Shown here: in pieces, positions 25,201 to 36,937 of the stretch
Position numbering within the stretch: position 1 is the stretch's first letter
Layout of the letters: every line of letters begins with the position of its first letter
Assembly (NCBI GenBank): GCA_043228905.1
Contig: JBHGNT010000002.1
Coordinates: 12,462,001-12,526,000 of the forward strand
Reading direction: 5' to 3'
Source: Azolla caroliniana
Lineage: Eukaryota; Plantae; Polypodiophyta
DNA: 64,000 nt
Notes under the pieces: model-generated
The model's database searches: none
Told to the model about the DNA's origin: nothing
The model's input: only the letters and a program-made list of their open reading frames with translations
Made by a program: the position numbers and the translations under genes

Positions 25201-28200
25201 TGGCACATGCAAAACTACCCAAGAAGTTTTGGGCTGAGGCATTGTCGACGGCGACATATGTGATAAATAGATCAACCTCAGTACCCTTGGACGGAGACAC
25301 GCCAGAGAGAGTGTGGACCGGTAAGGAAGTGTCCTACCGGCATCTGAAGGTATTCGGGTGTCTTGCGTATGTGCATGTACCGAAGGACTAGAGAGGAAAA
25401 CTAGATCCGAAGACCCAGCCATGCATATTCCTCGGTTACGACGACGATGAGTTCGGCTACCGAGTGTGGGACCTGGTCGACAAGAAGGTATTCTGGAGTC
25501 GAGATATTATCTTCATGGAGGACAAGACGCTCGCCGACCGGTAAGGATCGATTCTACGACCCAACCGGCAAGAGACCGGTTAGCACTCGAGGAACCAGCC
25601 GGTTACGGTGAGGATACCGAACCGGCAGAAGAAGAAGTAGAGGAAGCTAAAACCGGAACCGACCAAGACCCCGAATCGGATTCGGATGAAGAGCAAATGG
25701 AGAAGCCGGTTACCGAAGCCCAAAGACGTAGATTTCCTCTCAGAGAGAGAAGGCCCCCCCGGAGATTTCCGGATTCAGAGCATGTGTTGCTGACCGATGA
25801 GGGGGAGCTAGAAAACTTCGAGGAAGCTAAAAGTGATGCCCATAGCCGCAAATGGTTAAGTGCCATGCAGGATGAGATGGATTCCTTGCATGAGAACCAT
25901 ACATACGAATTGGTGGAGTTGCTGAAAGGAAAGCGGGCACTCCGAAACAAGTGGGTGTACAAGTTGAAACCGGGAGATGCCGGCAACCCCCCGAGATACA
26001 AAGCCAGGATCGTGGTGAAGGGGTTCCAGTAGAAGAAGGGCGTGGACTTCGACGAGATATTTGCCCCGGTAGTAAAGATGACCTCCATCCGGACGGTGTT
26101 GAGTGTAGCGGCAAGCATGGACCTCGAGGTAGAGCAGCTGGACGTGAAGACGACATTCCTTCATGGTGACCTCGAAGAGGAGATCTACATGCAGCAACTG
26201 GAAGGATTCATGGAGAAAGGGAAGGAGCACCTAGTTTGCCGGTTGAAGAAGAGCCTGTACGAACTGAAGCAGGCTCCCCGACAATGGTACCGGAAGTTCG
26301 ACTCCTTCATGACCAATCAAGGGTACCACAAGACGTAGGCCGATCACTGGGTGTTTCTGAAGAAGTTCGAAGGAGGCGACTTCCTTATACTCCTTCTGTA
26401 CTGGACGACATGTTGATCGTCGGACGGGACCAAGCCAAAATACGGATGCTGAAGAAGGCTGTCAACCGAACTTTCGCAATGAAAGACCTGGGTCCGGTAA
26501 GACAGATGCTGGGGATGCATATCATCCGGAACCGGCCAACGAAGCAATTGTGGCTGTCACAAGAGAAATACGTGACAAAGGTGCTTCAGCGCTTCAACAT
26601 GTTAGAAGCGAAACTGGTCGGATCGACACTCCCGGCAAACTGCAGATTATCTGGTAAGCAAAGCCCGTAGACGAAAGCAGAGAAGGCGGATATGATGAAG
26701 GTTCCATATGCCTCTGCCATCGGGAGCTTAATGTACGCAATGATGTGTACCCGACCGGATATAGGATACGTAGTCGGAGTGGTGAGCCGGTTTATGAGCA
26801 ATCCCGTCAAGGAGCACTGGAACGCGGTCAAATGGATACTCCGGTACTTGAAGGGCACTTCGAACATGTGTCTCTGATTCGGCTCTGATAAACCTCAACT
26901 TGACGGTTTTACCGATTCGGACATGTCGGCTGATGTGGGTACCAGCCGGTCTACATCCGGGTATGTAATGACATATGCAGGGGGAGCTATTTCGTGGCAG
27001 TCGAGGCTGTAGAAGATGGTTGTATTGTCAACCACGGAAGCGAAGTACATGGCGGTTGTGGAAGCCGGCAAGCAAATATTATGGATGAAGGACTTTATCG
27101 GAGAGCTCGGTATCCGGCAAGATGAATATCGGCTCTATTGTGACAGTCAAAGTGCCATCCACCTTGCTAAGAATGCGGCCTACCATTCGTAGACGAGGCA
27201 TATCCAACAAAGGTATCACTGGATCCGGGAAAGAGTAGATGACGAGGAGTTCGCGCTGACGAAGATCCACACGGACGAGAACGGGTCAGATATGTTGACC
27301 ATAGTACTGATACCTGACAAGCTGGATGCATGCCGGAAGCGGATCGGACTAGTAAGACATCCCATGCCGGAGTGAAGGGGGAGTTTGTTAGGAAACAGGT
27401 CCCTCTGGATGGGAAGTGAGAAGAACGAGTAGCCGGCTACGGAAGACCCGGTGAGATCCGGATGACGAATACCCGGCAAGAGCCGGATGGTGAAGACCCA
27501 GTGAGAACTGGATGTGGAGTACCCGGCTACGGAAGACTCGGTGAGAACCGGATGAGGAATACCTGGCAAGAGCCGGATGGTGAAGGCCCGGTGAGAACTG
27601 GATGTGGAGTACCCGGCTACGGAAGACCCGGTGAGAACCAGATGAGGAGTACCTGGCAAGAGCTGGATGGTGAAGGCCCGGTGAGAAGTGCTCACCGGAT
27701 GAAGGGACATATTCGTAAATATGTTTCCTGAGAGGCCATCGGGGCTATATTTGTAAATAGAGAAAAGTCATATTAGTATAAATATGACTTAGGGCAAACT
27801 TAGTATATGTGTAGTTGTCATTCTTGTTGGAGCAAGATTAGAGTGCAACAGTGTACAGAGAGAGAGAGAGAGAGAGAGAAAGAGACGAAGAGTTTGTATC
27901 TCTATTGTAACTGCCGCCTGTGGCGAAGACAGTGACCAAGAGGTCGTTGGTTCTGTGTTCATCTATTGTATATTGTTACATAGTGATAGTTAGCAGTCAG
28001 TGGACTACCGTGGTTTTTCCCGTGTTTGGGTTTTCCACGTGAACATCCTGTCTACTCTTCTCTCCATTGTGCCGAGCGTTGCTCATCGGGTACGTGTTGT
28101 CCTTGACACTTCGCCCCGATTCTGGAAAGGTATGCGACCCGACGAGGTTCCGACAGATAATCGGAAGCCTTATATACTTGACCATCACTCGACCAAATCT

Positions 28201-29579
28201 CAGCTACCCGGTCGGAGTGATTAGTCAATTCATGGCGCGACCTACCATGGAGCACCTTCAGTGTGCGCAACACATACTGCGGTACGTAAGCGGCACTAAG
28301 GACTGGGGCCTACTATATTGGACCGGTACAACCCCGTTGTTGGTTGTCTATATCGATGTTGATTGGGCCGACAACTTTGCCGATCGCCGATCCACGTCCC
28401 GTTTCGAGTTCTAGGGAGTGCCGCGATCACGTGGAGTGGCAAGAAGCAGCCGACAATTGCGCTGTCGAGCACCGAAGCCGAGTATAGAGGAGCGGTTGTC
28501 GCGACATGGGAAGCCATATGGTTGAAGCAACTACTTAAGGATCTGCAGGTGGAGGTACCCGATTCAACAATAATCTACTCTGACAACCTCAGCAACATCT
28601 ACCTAGCAAAGAACCCCATCTTCCATGCCCGGACTAAGCACATTGAGGTGCACTACCATTTCGTCCGTGAACATGTCCTCTCTGGTGAAGTCGAATTTCA
28701 GTATGTTCTGATGGATCGGTAGACCGCCGACATCTTAACTAAGCTTCTTGGTCAGGACAAGTTGCGGCAGTTCTCGGGTGTGCTTGGGTTGTGTCACCTC
28801 GACGTGCCTAACTTGAGGGGGAGAGACGTCCCGAATGACCACGGAAGGGGGAGAGAAGCTCCGGAAGACCGCGATGCCAAGTCGGATGATGAATTCGATT
28901 TCGGATCGGTTGAAGAAACCGAGGGCAGATGTGGGGGAGATGAATTCATCAAGGGTGAGAAGACTGAAGACGAGTTGCAGACAACCAACTCGGACGAGAG
29001 CGAAAACCGATTGGAGGAAGCCGAGTTGGTTCGGATGTTTGATTCGGATACGCCGAATCAACTGAGGGTCAAGCGGAAGAGAGGGTAGCAGAAGAAGCGC
29101 CAACATTGGAACAACGACAAAGCTGAGAAGGGCCGCACGGGCACGCAAGCCGATCGGAAGGGTCGAGGCGCGCGGAATCGAACAGGTTGAGGAGTGCGAG
29201 CAATGCGTGAAGCTAGAAGGAACCGGAACGTAGATCCGGAAGAGTGGATGGAACCTCAAGTTGAGCTTGAGGGGGAGTGTTGACATACAAGCTCAACATT
29301 GGCCGGATCGGTTGGGACCGATCGGTTAGGCCCGATCGGTTAGGCCGGACCGGTACACAAACAGGTGCGTAACGAGAAGCTGTAGTGCTGCGTAAACCGC
29401 GAGGCCGTTGGAAAGATATTCCGCGTAGGAATATATTTTGGGAGTTAGTGTAGAGCTCAGTAATGAGCATTGAAGTACGTGTTAGTACTTCTGTCATCCG
29501 TATGGACTTGTATAAAAGTGCTCACTGAGCACATCCTATGTACAGATTGAGTATTATTTTGTTTTGGATTTTCTGGGTG

Positions 29580-29652
<73 letters not shown>

Positions 29653-29739
29653 ACGTATTGTGTATATTCAAGGTCTCCATTAAACTTGCATATTTTCTGT
29701 GTTCAGTTTTCTACTTGCTTCTGCACGCTATCCTTCACA
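22228..29739 (+). mobile_element. Ty1/copia element C with nested copia D
   Basis: LTRs 22228-22655 and 29278-29739; TSD CCCAT at 22223-22227 and 29740-29744; PBS TGGTATCAGAGC at 22656-22667; PPT GAGGGGGAG before 29278; gag and protease (WYADSGASNHM); RNase H at 28109-28800. Confidence 0.93.
24321..28108 (+). mobile_element. 5'-truncated copia D (same family as B): INT-RT-RH plus 3' LTR (27386-28108)
   Basis: Translations nearly identical to copia B pol; PPT GGAGTGAAGGGGGAGTT at 27369-27385; LTR TGTT..GACA with ~90-bp tandem units. Confidence 0.92.
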
Positions 29740-29859
29740 CCCATTGACAGAACGACTCAGAGAGTGAGTTGTTGAACCCTTTGTGTCTATCGACCAAAAA
29801 GGTGATAACACAAAATTTCGCACGCTCGGTTACATTTGTCACAAACTGTGAAAAAAGGA

Positions 29860-30870
29860 GAATGGATGTCGCCTAGTCAACCTAGTCAACCTGCAGAAAG
29901 CAGATGACCGCGCACAAGATCGGAGAGCCAATGTGCACAAGAGGAAAATTGGACTGATTTGGAGTTCTCTAAGCGTATTCAGTAGGAGTCTAAAGAGGAA
30001 CTAAGGGCAAATGTCGAATTGCAAACCAAGAATAGCTCGGATCAGGTGACATCCGACCAGCACTTACAACTAATTGGCTTGGTAGGAGTTTTAGAGGAGG
30101 ATACAATGTTGTATCCTTATCCTAAATGCAATGATAAAGTAGATGCAAAAGCGCATGTGGACGCTTTCCTCACGACATGGCAAGCTAACCATGTCTCCCA
30201 GAGACTATCAGAAAGCAAACGATGATAAATCCAAGATAGTGGAATTTGGATTGTTGTTAGAAGAGCAATCAACTAATTGATACTCATAACATAAAGAGGG
30301 TGAGTTTGAATTCGTTAAACACTTTATTAGTAAATTGATCCAATTATTTCATTGCTAGATTCCAAAAAGGGGCTTACAAAGAGGCTCATGAAACAGCTCC
30401 CCAGTTCATTATTCGGCTCCAAAATCTGAGGAGGTAGTTAGCACGAACACCTCCCGAGGACGAATTGAAAGGCACCTTTTTAAGAGACCTTCGAGAGCCA
30501 TTCCGGATGACCTTGGCCATTTTTTATTTCAAGAATGAATCACTCGAAAAGGTGATCAATAAAGTCCTTGTGACGGATAGAGCCCAAACAAGTAATAGCT
30601 TGTCGATGGTGTCATTACAAAGAACATTACCAAATTAGGAGGAAGTGTGATTCCAACAAGCCATTCAGTGCACCACATGCTTGAATCTGGGGCATTCCAC
30701 AATGAATGCACATTACGCACACACTGACCTATTTGCCGCTCAAAAGTGCACACTATTAATTAGTGCGAATATAAGTTACTAAACAAGGTTGTGGCTCCAA
30801 TTCGACAAATAGCACCATAGGAAGAACGCATTCAACCAAATGATCGAATGCATCCATCGAATCAATTTAG
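29860..30870 (+). pseudogene. Degenerate gypsy gag, same family as 3300-3761 and 9407-9850
   Basis: EEDTMLYPYP..AFLTTWQANHVSQRLSE matches the remnant at 3455-3580. Confidence 0.75.
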
Positions 30871-31195
30871 TGTTGAGAACAAGATCGGCTACAATAGATT
30901 ATTACCCACAAGTGAAAATGAAAGAACAAAAAATGAATACATAGACAAGAGGACAGAGGATGTTAACGTGGAAAACCCTGAAAGGGAAAAACCACGGGAG
31001 CCCACAAACTCCAAAAAGAATCATTATGTATCAAGAGGAATACAACAAGAGGCTCTAGGCAACAACCTCAACCTCTTCTTTGTCTACAGATGGTGCAAAG
31101 TTACAACTCTCTCACACACTCTCTGTCAACCTTAGTTATAGAGGCAACTATAACTTTTCAACAACAATGATCATCACTTTAACAACTTGCCCTAA
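30871..31195 (-). repeat. Truncated copia-type LTR
   Basis: TGTTG terminus and the 'cgtggaaaaccc..gggaaaaaccacgg' motif shared with copia B and D LTRs. Confidence 0.65.
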
Positions 31196-31789
31196 CTACA
31201 TTGATTCAGCAACAGTGACAGATGCATTTCCTTTGGGTAAAAGCATGCGAGTGGAAACACTATTATAGCTAATTAGCTACTAAAATGGCCATAGCTAATT
31301 AGCTATTTGTTTAGCTAGTCTTTTTTGTGGGAAAATCAAATATTTGAAAAACTAATTTATGAAAAAACTCAAATATTTGAACTTCTGTTTCAAACGTAGT
31401 GGAACTTGGGGAATAGCACCATCATCTAAGGTTGACTTCAATGTCATCAATTTCCTGTTTAGCCTAAGTCTGATTTTGAACGCAGATGGAGTACTCAGAG
31501 CATGAACGCAGACATAGCTCCCGCAACAGCAGAAAATCGACATTGCAGATTGAGAGCTACAACACAGAACCCGCTCGATCATCGTCGAGGTATGTTTCAG
31601 TTACAGAAACCCCAAACATTTGTTTTTTCTTTTTGACTACTGTCTGAACTTTGGTGCCGATTCATATTTCCCCAAAATCGAATAGGGCGAAGTCCTTGGA
31701 GTCCCATACAAGGATGTCTCGCAAATCGGGGAGTAGCAACAAGTGTGTTTATATTACTTTTTTTGTGTTTAATCCTGTCTTTAGTGATG

Positions 31790-32262
31790 ATTGGGGTTTC
31801 TGATTGAAATTTCTGATTAGGGTTTTTGTTTATAAATTTCTGATTAGGGTTTGTGATTGAAATTTCTGATTAGGGTTTCTGATTGAAATTTCTGATTAGG
31901 GTTTTTTATTATAAATTTCTGATTAGAATTTCTGAATAGGGTTTCTGGTTACAAATTTTGATTACAGATTAGAATTTCTGATTAGAATTTCTGAATAGGG
32001 TTTTTGTTTATAAATTTCTGTTTAGGATTTCTGATTAGGGTTTGTGATTGAAATTTCTGATTAGGGTTTCTGATTGAAATTTCTGATTAGGGTTTTTGAT
32101 TATAAATTTCTGATTAGAATTTCTATATAAGGTTTCTGGTCACAAACTTCTGATTACAAATTTTGATTAGGGTTTCTAATTTCAAACTTCTGATTACAGA
32201 TTTTGATTAGGGTTTCTGATTTCAAATTTCTGAATACAAATTATGATTAGGGTTTCTGATTT
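31790..32262 (+). repeat. Degenerate tandem repeat (TTTCTGATTAGGG units) in the first intron of cargo gene 1
   Basis: Lies between donor GAG|GTATGT (~31590) and acceptor TTTCAG|ATG (32367). Confidence 0.85.
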
Positions 32263-32367
32263 GCTAAGTTAAAGATTTTGCACCATTTTTGTTGTTGTTG
32301 ATTGGGGTTTTTGATTCTCACATATTCTGATTTTGCACTATTTCTGATTTTTGAAATGATATTTCAG

Positions 32368-35363
32368 ATGGCTCGTTCCTCCGTATACGAGAGTGCTAAA
32401 CTTCGCAAAATTTTGCGAGACAAAGGAGGACTTCCACAACACCTATGGTCTGTCACTCGAGGGTGTTGACCCTGCTGTCCTAAGTGATAAATTGATCACT
32501 GATGTAGACTGGATGACAGTATATACAGTGCCTAGAGTCAAACGCAAGGTCAAGCTAAAGCATGTACGAGCCGACTTGTACGATGACTTCATGAGACTGC
32601 ACCAGAAAGTTCATCAGGAGATCCCAGTCAACAATGAGTTGTTAGTTTCATTTGCTAGAGCATTTGCATATGAGTACTGCAAAACAGCGAAGGAATCAAG
32701 AGACCTTGAAATGTATAGGGTAGCTTGGGTCGTCTATGGTGAGGCATCGGTAAAAAGATGTTGAAAGATGGGGACCTTGGCACAAAAAATAGACAAATTT
32801 TGGAGCATGGCAACTATTGATGCAACTGCCGACTCCCAGCAAGACCGGGGGCATACACCACACCGACACCCAAGGAAAGCCAATGTCGATGATACAAGTG
32901 AGACATTGGTTAGCTATATGCAAAAAAATGTCAATGAAGCCTGTGAGACATTGGCATTTTTTAAGACTGATTTAGAGAAAGCCACAATGGCTTCTGCAAT
33001 GGAGAGCAAAGTTACTAACACTGTTACAACGATTAGAAATAAGATTCAAGTAACTATTGTTTTGCTGGTATGTGATTGTGTTATAAATAACTTTAAGGGT
33101 AAAATGTGCTAATCAAGCATTATCTGGAATAGGTTGCGCAACAGGAGCTTGAATTAGAGGGGCCACTGGATCCCCAGCGTAAAATACAACTACAAATAGA
33201 GATCCAGGTTCTTTCAATGAACCTGGACCTTCTAGGTGTAAATACTGTTGCAGATTACAATTTGGATAAGCTTCAAGTAAGTTAACGATTCCTGACCAAA
33301 GTTGGTGTATCTTTCAACAACAGGAATAATTAATCGGTAAATTTCTTTGTTGCGTTGAAGGAATAATACATTCATCAAGAACAGGTAGTTAACTACATTT
33401 TGTGGAGGGAATGGTAAGGACCAAACAGGATTTGGACCTGAACATTCTTGCTCCCTTACCAAATGAAGCAGAACCAGAAAATGATTTATTGACAGTTCAA
33501 GCACGTTGCATCACTTGCGGGTTAGGTGTGGAGGACAAAACTACGTCTTTGTTGGTTCACCTACAACCATGCAACCACACATACCATCTGCTTTGTTTTC
33601 AACATGCCTGTCGAATTGCTGCATTCTGTTTGGGAGATTGCAGTACAGCTCTACCAAATGAGTGGAGAAAACTAACAGGTATACCATACTGTAGCTAATA
33701 AGCTTAGTCTTTTCTAATTAGCTATCCTACTAGCTAATTAGCTAGTGGCAGCTAATGAGCTACTAGTTAATTAGCTATCCTAGTAGCTAATTAGCTATGG
33801 TACTAGCTAATTAGCTAGTACCATAGTTGTGTAAAAAAGCTAATTAGCTATCCTACTAGCTAATTAGCTACTGGCAACTAATTAGCTATCCTAGTAGCTA
33901 ATTAGCTATCCTACTAGCTAATTAGCTATCCTACTAGCTAATTAGCTACTGCCATAGTTGTGTAAAGTAGCTAATAAGCTATCCTAGTAGCTAATTAGCT
34001 ATGGTACTAGCTAATTAGCTAGTACAATAGTTGTGTAAAAAAGCTAATTAGCTATCCTACTAGCTAATTAGCTACTGGCAACTAATTATCTATCCTACTA
34101 GCTAATTAGCTATCCCTAGTAGCTAATTAGCTACTGGCAACTAATTAGCTATCCTACTAGCTAATTAGCTATCATAGTAGCTAATTAGCTACTGCCATAG
34201 TTGTGTAAAGTAGTTAATAAGCTATCCTAGTAGCTAATTAGCTACTGGCAGCTAATTAGCTATCCTAGTAGCTAATAAGCTATCCTAGCTACTACATAGT
34301 TGAGAAAGTAGCTAATTAGCTATCATTGTAGCTAATTAGCTATCCTACTAGCTAATTAGCTATCCTAGCTACTACCATAGTTAGTAAAGTTGCTAATAAG
34401 CTATCCTAGCTACTACCATAGTTGAGTAAAGTAGCTAATTAGCTATCCTAGCTACTACCATAGTTGAGTAAAGTAGCTAATTAGCTATCCTAGCTATTAC
34501 GATAGTTGAGTAAAGTAGCTAATTAGCTACCATAGTAGCTAATTAGCTAGGATAGCTACAACCATAGTTGAGTAAAGTAGCTAATTAGCTACCATAGTAG
34601 CTAATTAGCTATCCTAGCTACTACCATAGTTGAGTAAAGTAGCTAATTAATTAGCTATTCTAACTACTACCATAGTTGAGTAAAGTAGCTAATTAGCTAT
34701 CGTACTAGCTAATTAGCTATCCTAATTAGCTATCATACTAGCTAATTAGCTATCGTACTAGCTAATTAGCTATCCTAGCTTCTACCATAGTTTAGTAAAG
34801 TAGCTAATTAGCTATCCTAAATAGCTGCCATGTTATTGTAGAATCTTGTGGATTAAGGACGACACATGATGTGTCTGGTGCTGATGACGCTGCAACAGAT
34901 GAGGATACTGCTGCCAACGTGGCTGAAAGTAAGAGTCCTGCTATCACATCTCCTTCAGATCAGCTCCACCCTATTCTTTTGGAACAGTGTACTGAATTAG
35001 GCAACGATGTGAAATGCCATGAAATAGTGGAAACAACATGTAAAACTGAGGTTTATGAACACTTGATGCAACATTTCTTCGAATCTCAAGACCTTTGATT
35101 CCACCCCACCGAGCGCAACTACTGAAAATGTCCAAACAGATCCCTCTGTACTTGAAAAGCTAGTTCAAGAAACGGTTGATGTGCAATTAGCTGCTGAGGC
35201 GATGGGAAGGTTGTCAGAGGAGGACACACTTGCGCATTGGGTGAAAGAAGCAAGGCTAAATGGGGAACCGACCAGAAAAAGGCTGAAGAAGGGGCCACGA
35301 TCGGGAACAAGACCAGTTACTCGGTCAAGGGGCCCAGACGTAGTGGAGCGAAATACTGTTTAG
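32368..35363 (+). pseudogene. Spliced cargo gene 1 with coiled-coil-like region and RING/PHD-like Cys/His domain
   Basis: ORF pieces 32393-33049, 33133-33277, 33402-33678 and 34843-35363 bounded by GT/AG; CITC...PCNHTYHLLC...CLGDC; disablements present; exon model approximate. Confidence 0.6.
33690..34830. repeat. Intronic array of the palindrome TAGCTAATTAGCTA
   Basis: Dozens of copies between donor ACAG|GT (~33679) and acceptor TTGTAG| (34842). Confidence 0.95.
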
Positions 35364-35533
35364 TTGGATATGATTGTTAGCTTAGGGATTTTGCTAGGGT
35401 TTTATGAAGTTTTACTATCCTGTTGGACAAGTAAAACCTCAGATTGGTTGTTGCTTGATCCACATTATGTAATGGAACTCTATGATGTTTTTCCAAGATA
35501 ATTTGAAGAGTGTTGTTCTATGACTGAAACTCT

Positions 35534-36589
35534 TTGATGTTCAGGATGTTGTTTTGTGAGATTGTTAGTTACTTTGTGAGTGTGAATATGTTGGTGTTTT
35601 CTGATGTTGCAGAGTCTAAAGGGTTTGATTCTATTGCTCGTAAGGCCAATGGCAGTGTGGATACTGTTGATGTTGCGGCATGTTTAAAGGGCCCCATCTT
35701 GAAAGTAGATGTAGCAACTGACACAAGTGATCTGGTCACACAAGTTGATCAAGCATGTTGCACGGATGACTTGGTGTTGCAGGTAGATGCAGCATGTGAT
35801 ACCAGTGGATTGATATCGAGCAGATCAGTAGCTACATGCACCGAGGTAATCCAAGGATTGATAACTAAGTCAACAAAACAAGAGCACCAGAATGTGAAGC
35901 TAGGCCCAACACAGTCGACTAGGGGTTTGAAGAGGAAAAAGACGCCAGTTGTGTTGGCCGAACCTGAGCTGATTGAGATTGATTGTATCCTACCAGAAAA
36001 TGGTGTAACAGCAGCTCAGTTTCAGGAATGGAAACCTAAACCACTAGAAGTCGAAAGAAGAGCCTTGATCTTGGAGCTTGATAAAGTCTTGATGAGTGTG
36101 AGATATATGCAGCCAAGGAGGGACACGAATCAGTTTCTAGAGTGGGCTGTGCAATACTTTGATTTGTTTATTTGGAGTGAAAAACCAAAATCAGATGTGT
36201 GGAAGTGTTTGGCAAGATTCTTCCCAGAATGGCGAAGTCGTTTTAAAGGTCAATGGGCACGAGAAAATTGTGAGCAAATGGAAGCTGCAAGATTCAAGAG
36301 ACTTTCTGATTTTTGGGATACTTGGCCTAAATATAATGCCGACAATACATTGATTTTGGATACAGAACATTTCCGGCACTACTTCAATATTCGGAGATGC
36401 TGTCTCATTCTACCCGAGGAAATGCCTGAACAGTACCTGGTGCAAACAGTGAGCTGCCAACTAGGTGCATGGTTGTGGACTCCATACCAAGCTCGATATG
36501 CGGATAATATATGTAGACTCGTTCCACTGACTAGCAAGAGCTTAGCTGTTTATAGGAGATTTGTAGACATTTCCAATGGTAATTTATAA
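35534..36589 (+). CDS. FCP1/NIF-like HAD phosphatase-fold protein (cargo 2)
   Basis: ALILELDKVL (DLDxTL-like), RRDTNQFLEWAVQYFDLFIWS, FKRLSDFWDTWPKYNADNTLILD; true start uncertain, possible acceptor at ~35612. Confidence 0.65.
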   Translation: MMFRMLFCEIVSYFVSVNMLVFSDVAESKGFDSIARKANGSVDTVDVAACLKGPILKVDVATDTSDLVTQVDQACCTDDLVLQVDAACDTSGLISSRSVATCTEVIQGLITKSTKQEHQNVKLGPTQSTRGLKRKKTPVVLAEPELIEIDCILPENGVTAAQFQEWKPKPLEVERRALILELDKVLMSVRYMQPRRDTNQFLEWAVQYFDLFIWSEKPKSDVWKCLARFFPEWRSRFKGQWARENCEQMEAARFKRLSDFWDTWPKYNADNTLILDTEHFRHYFNIRRCCLILPEEMPEQYLVQTVSCQLGAWLWTPYQARYADNICRLVPLTSKSLAVYRRFVDISNGNL

Positions 36590-36937
36590 ATATGTAAAGA
36601 GATGACATTAGTCAATGAAGAATTTAATTACTTGTTCCCACTGTACTTATCTATTGTGTAATTTGAGGAATATGTTGCAGATTGTTGATTTCATGCTATT
36701 GATGACTATTTAGCTATTGACAGCTAATTAGCTGCATTTGTACAGCTAATTAGCTACTGATGACTATTTCGCTATAACTTATAACTTAAAACTTAACAAA
36801 AAAGACATGATTTTATTGAGAAAGAAGCACAGAAAGCAGACTGTATACAAGAAATTGATTCTGAAACGAATTTATTTAACTGTTTTCGCGAAATACATGT
36901 TTGTTTTACAAGAGAACATGGTAAGTGCTACTTGTAG

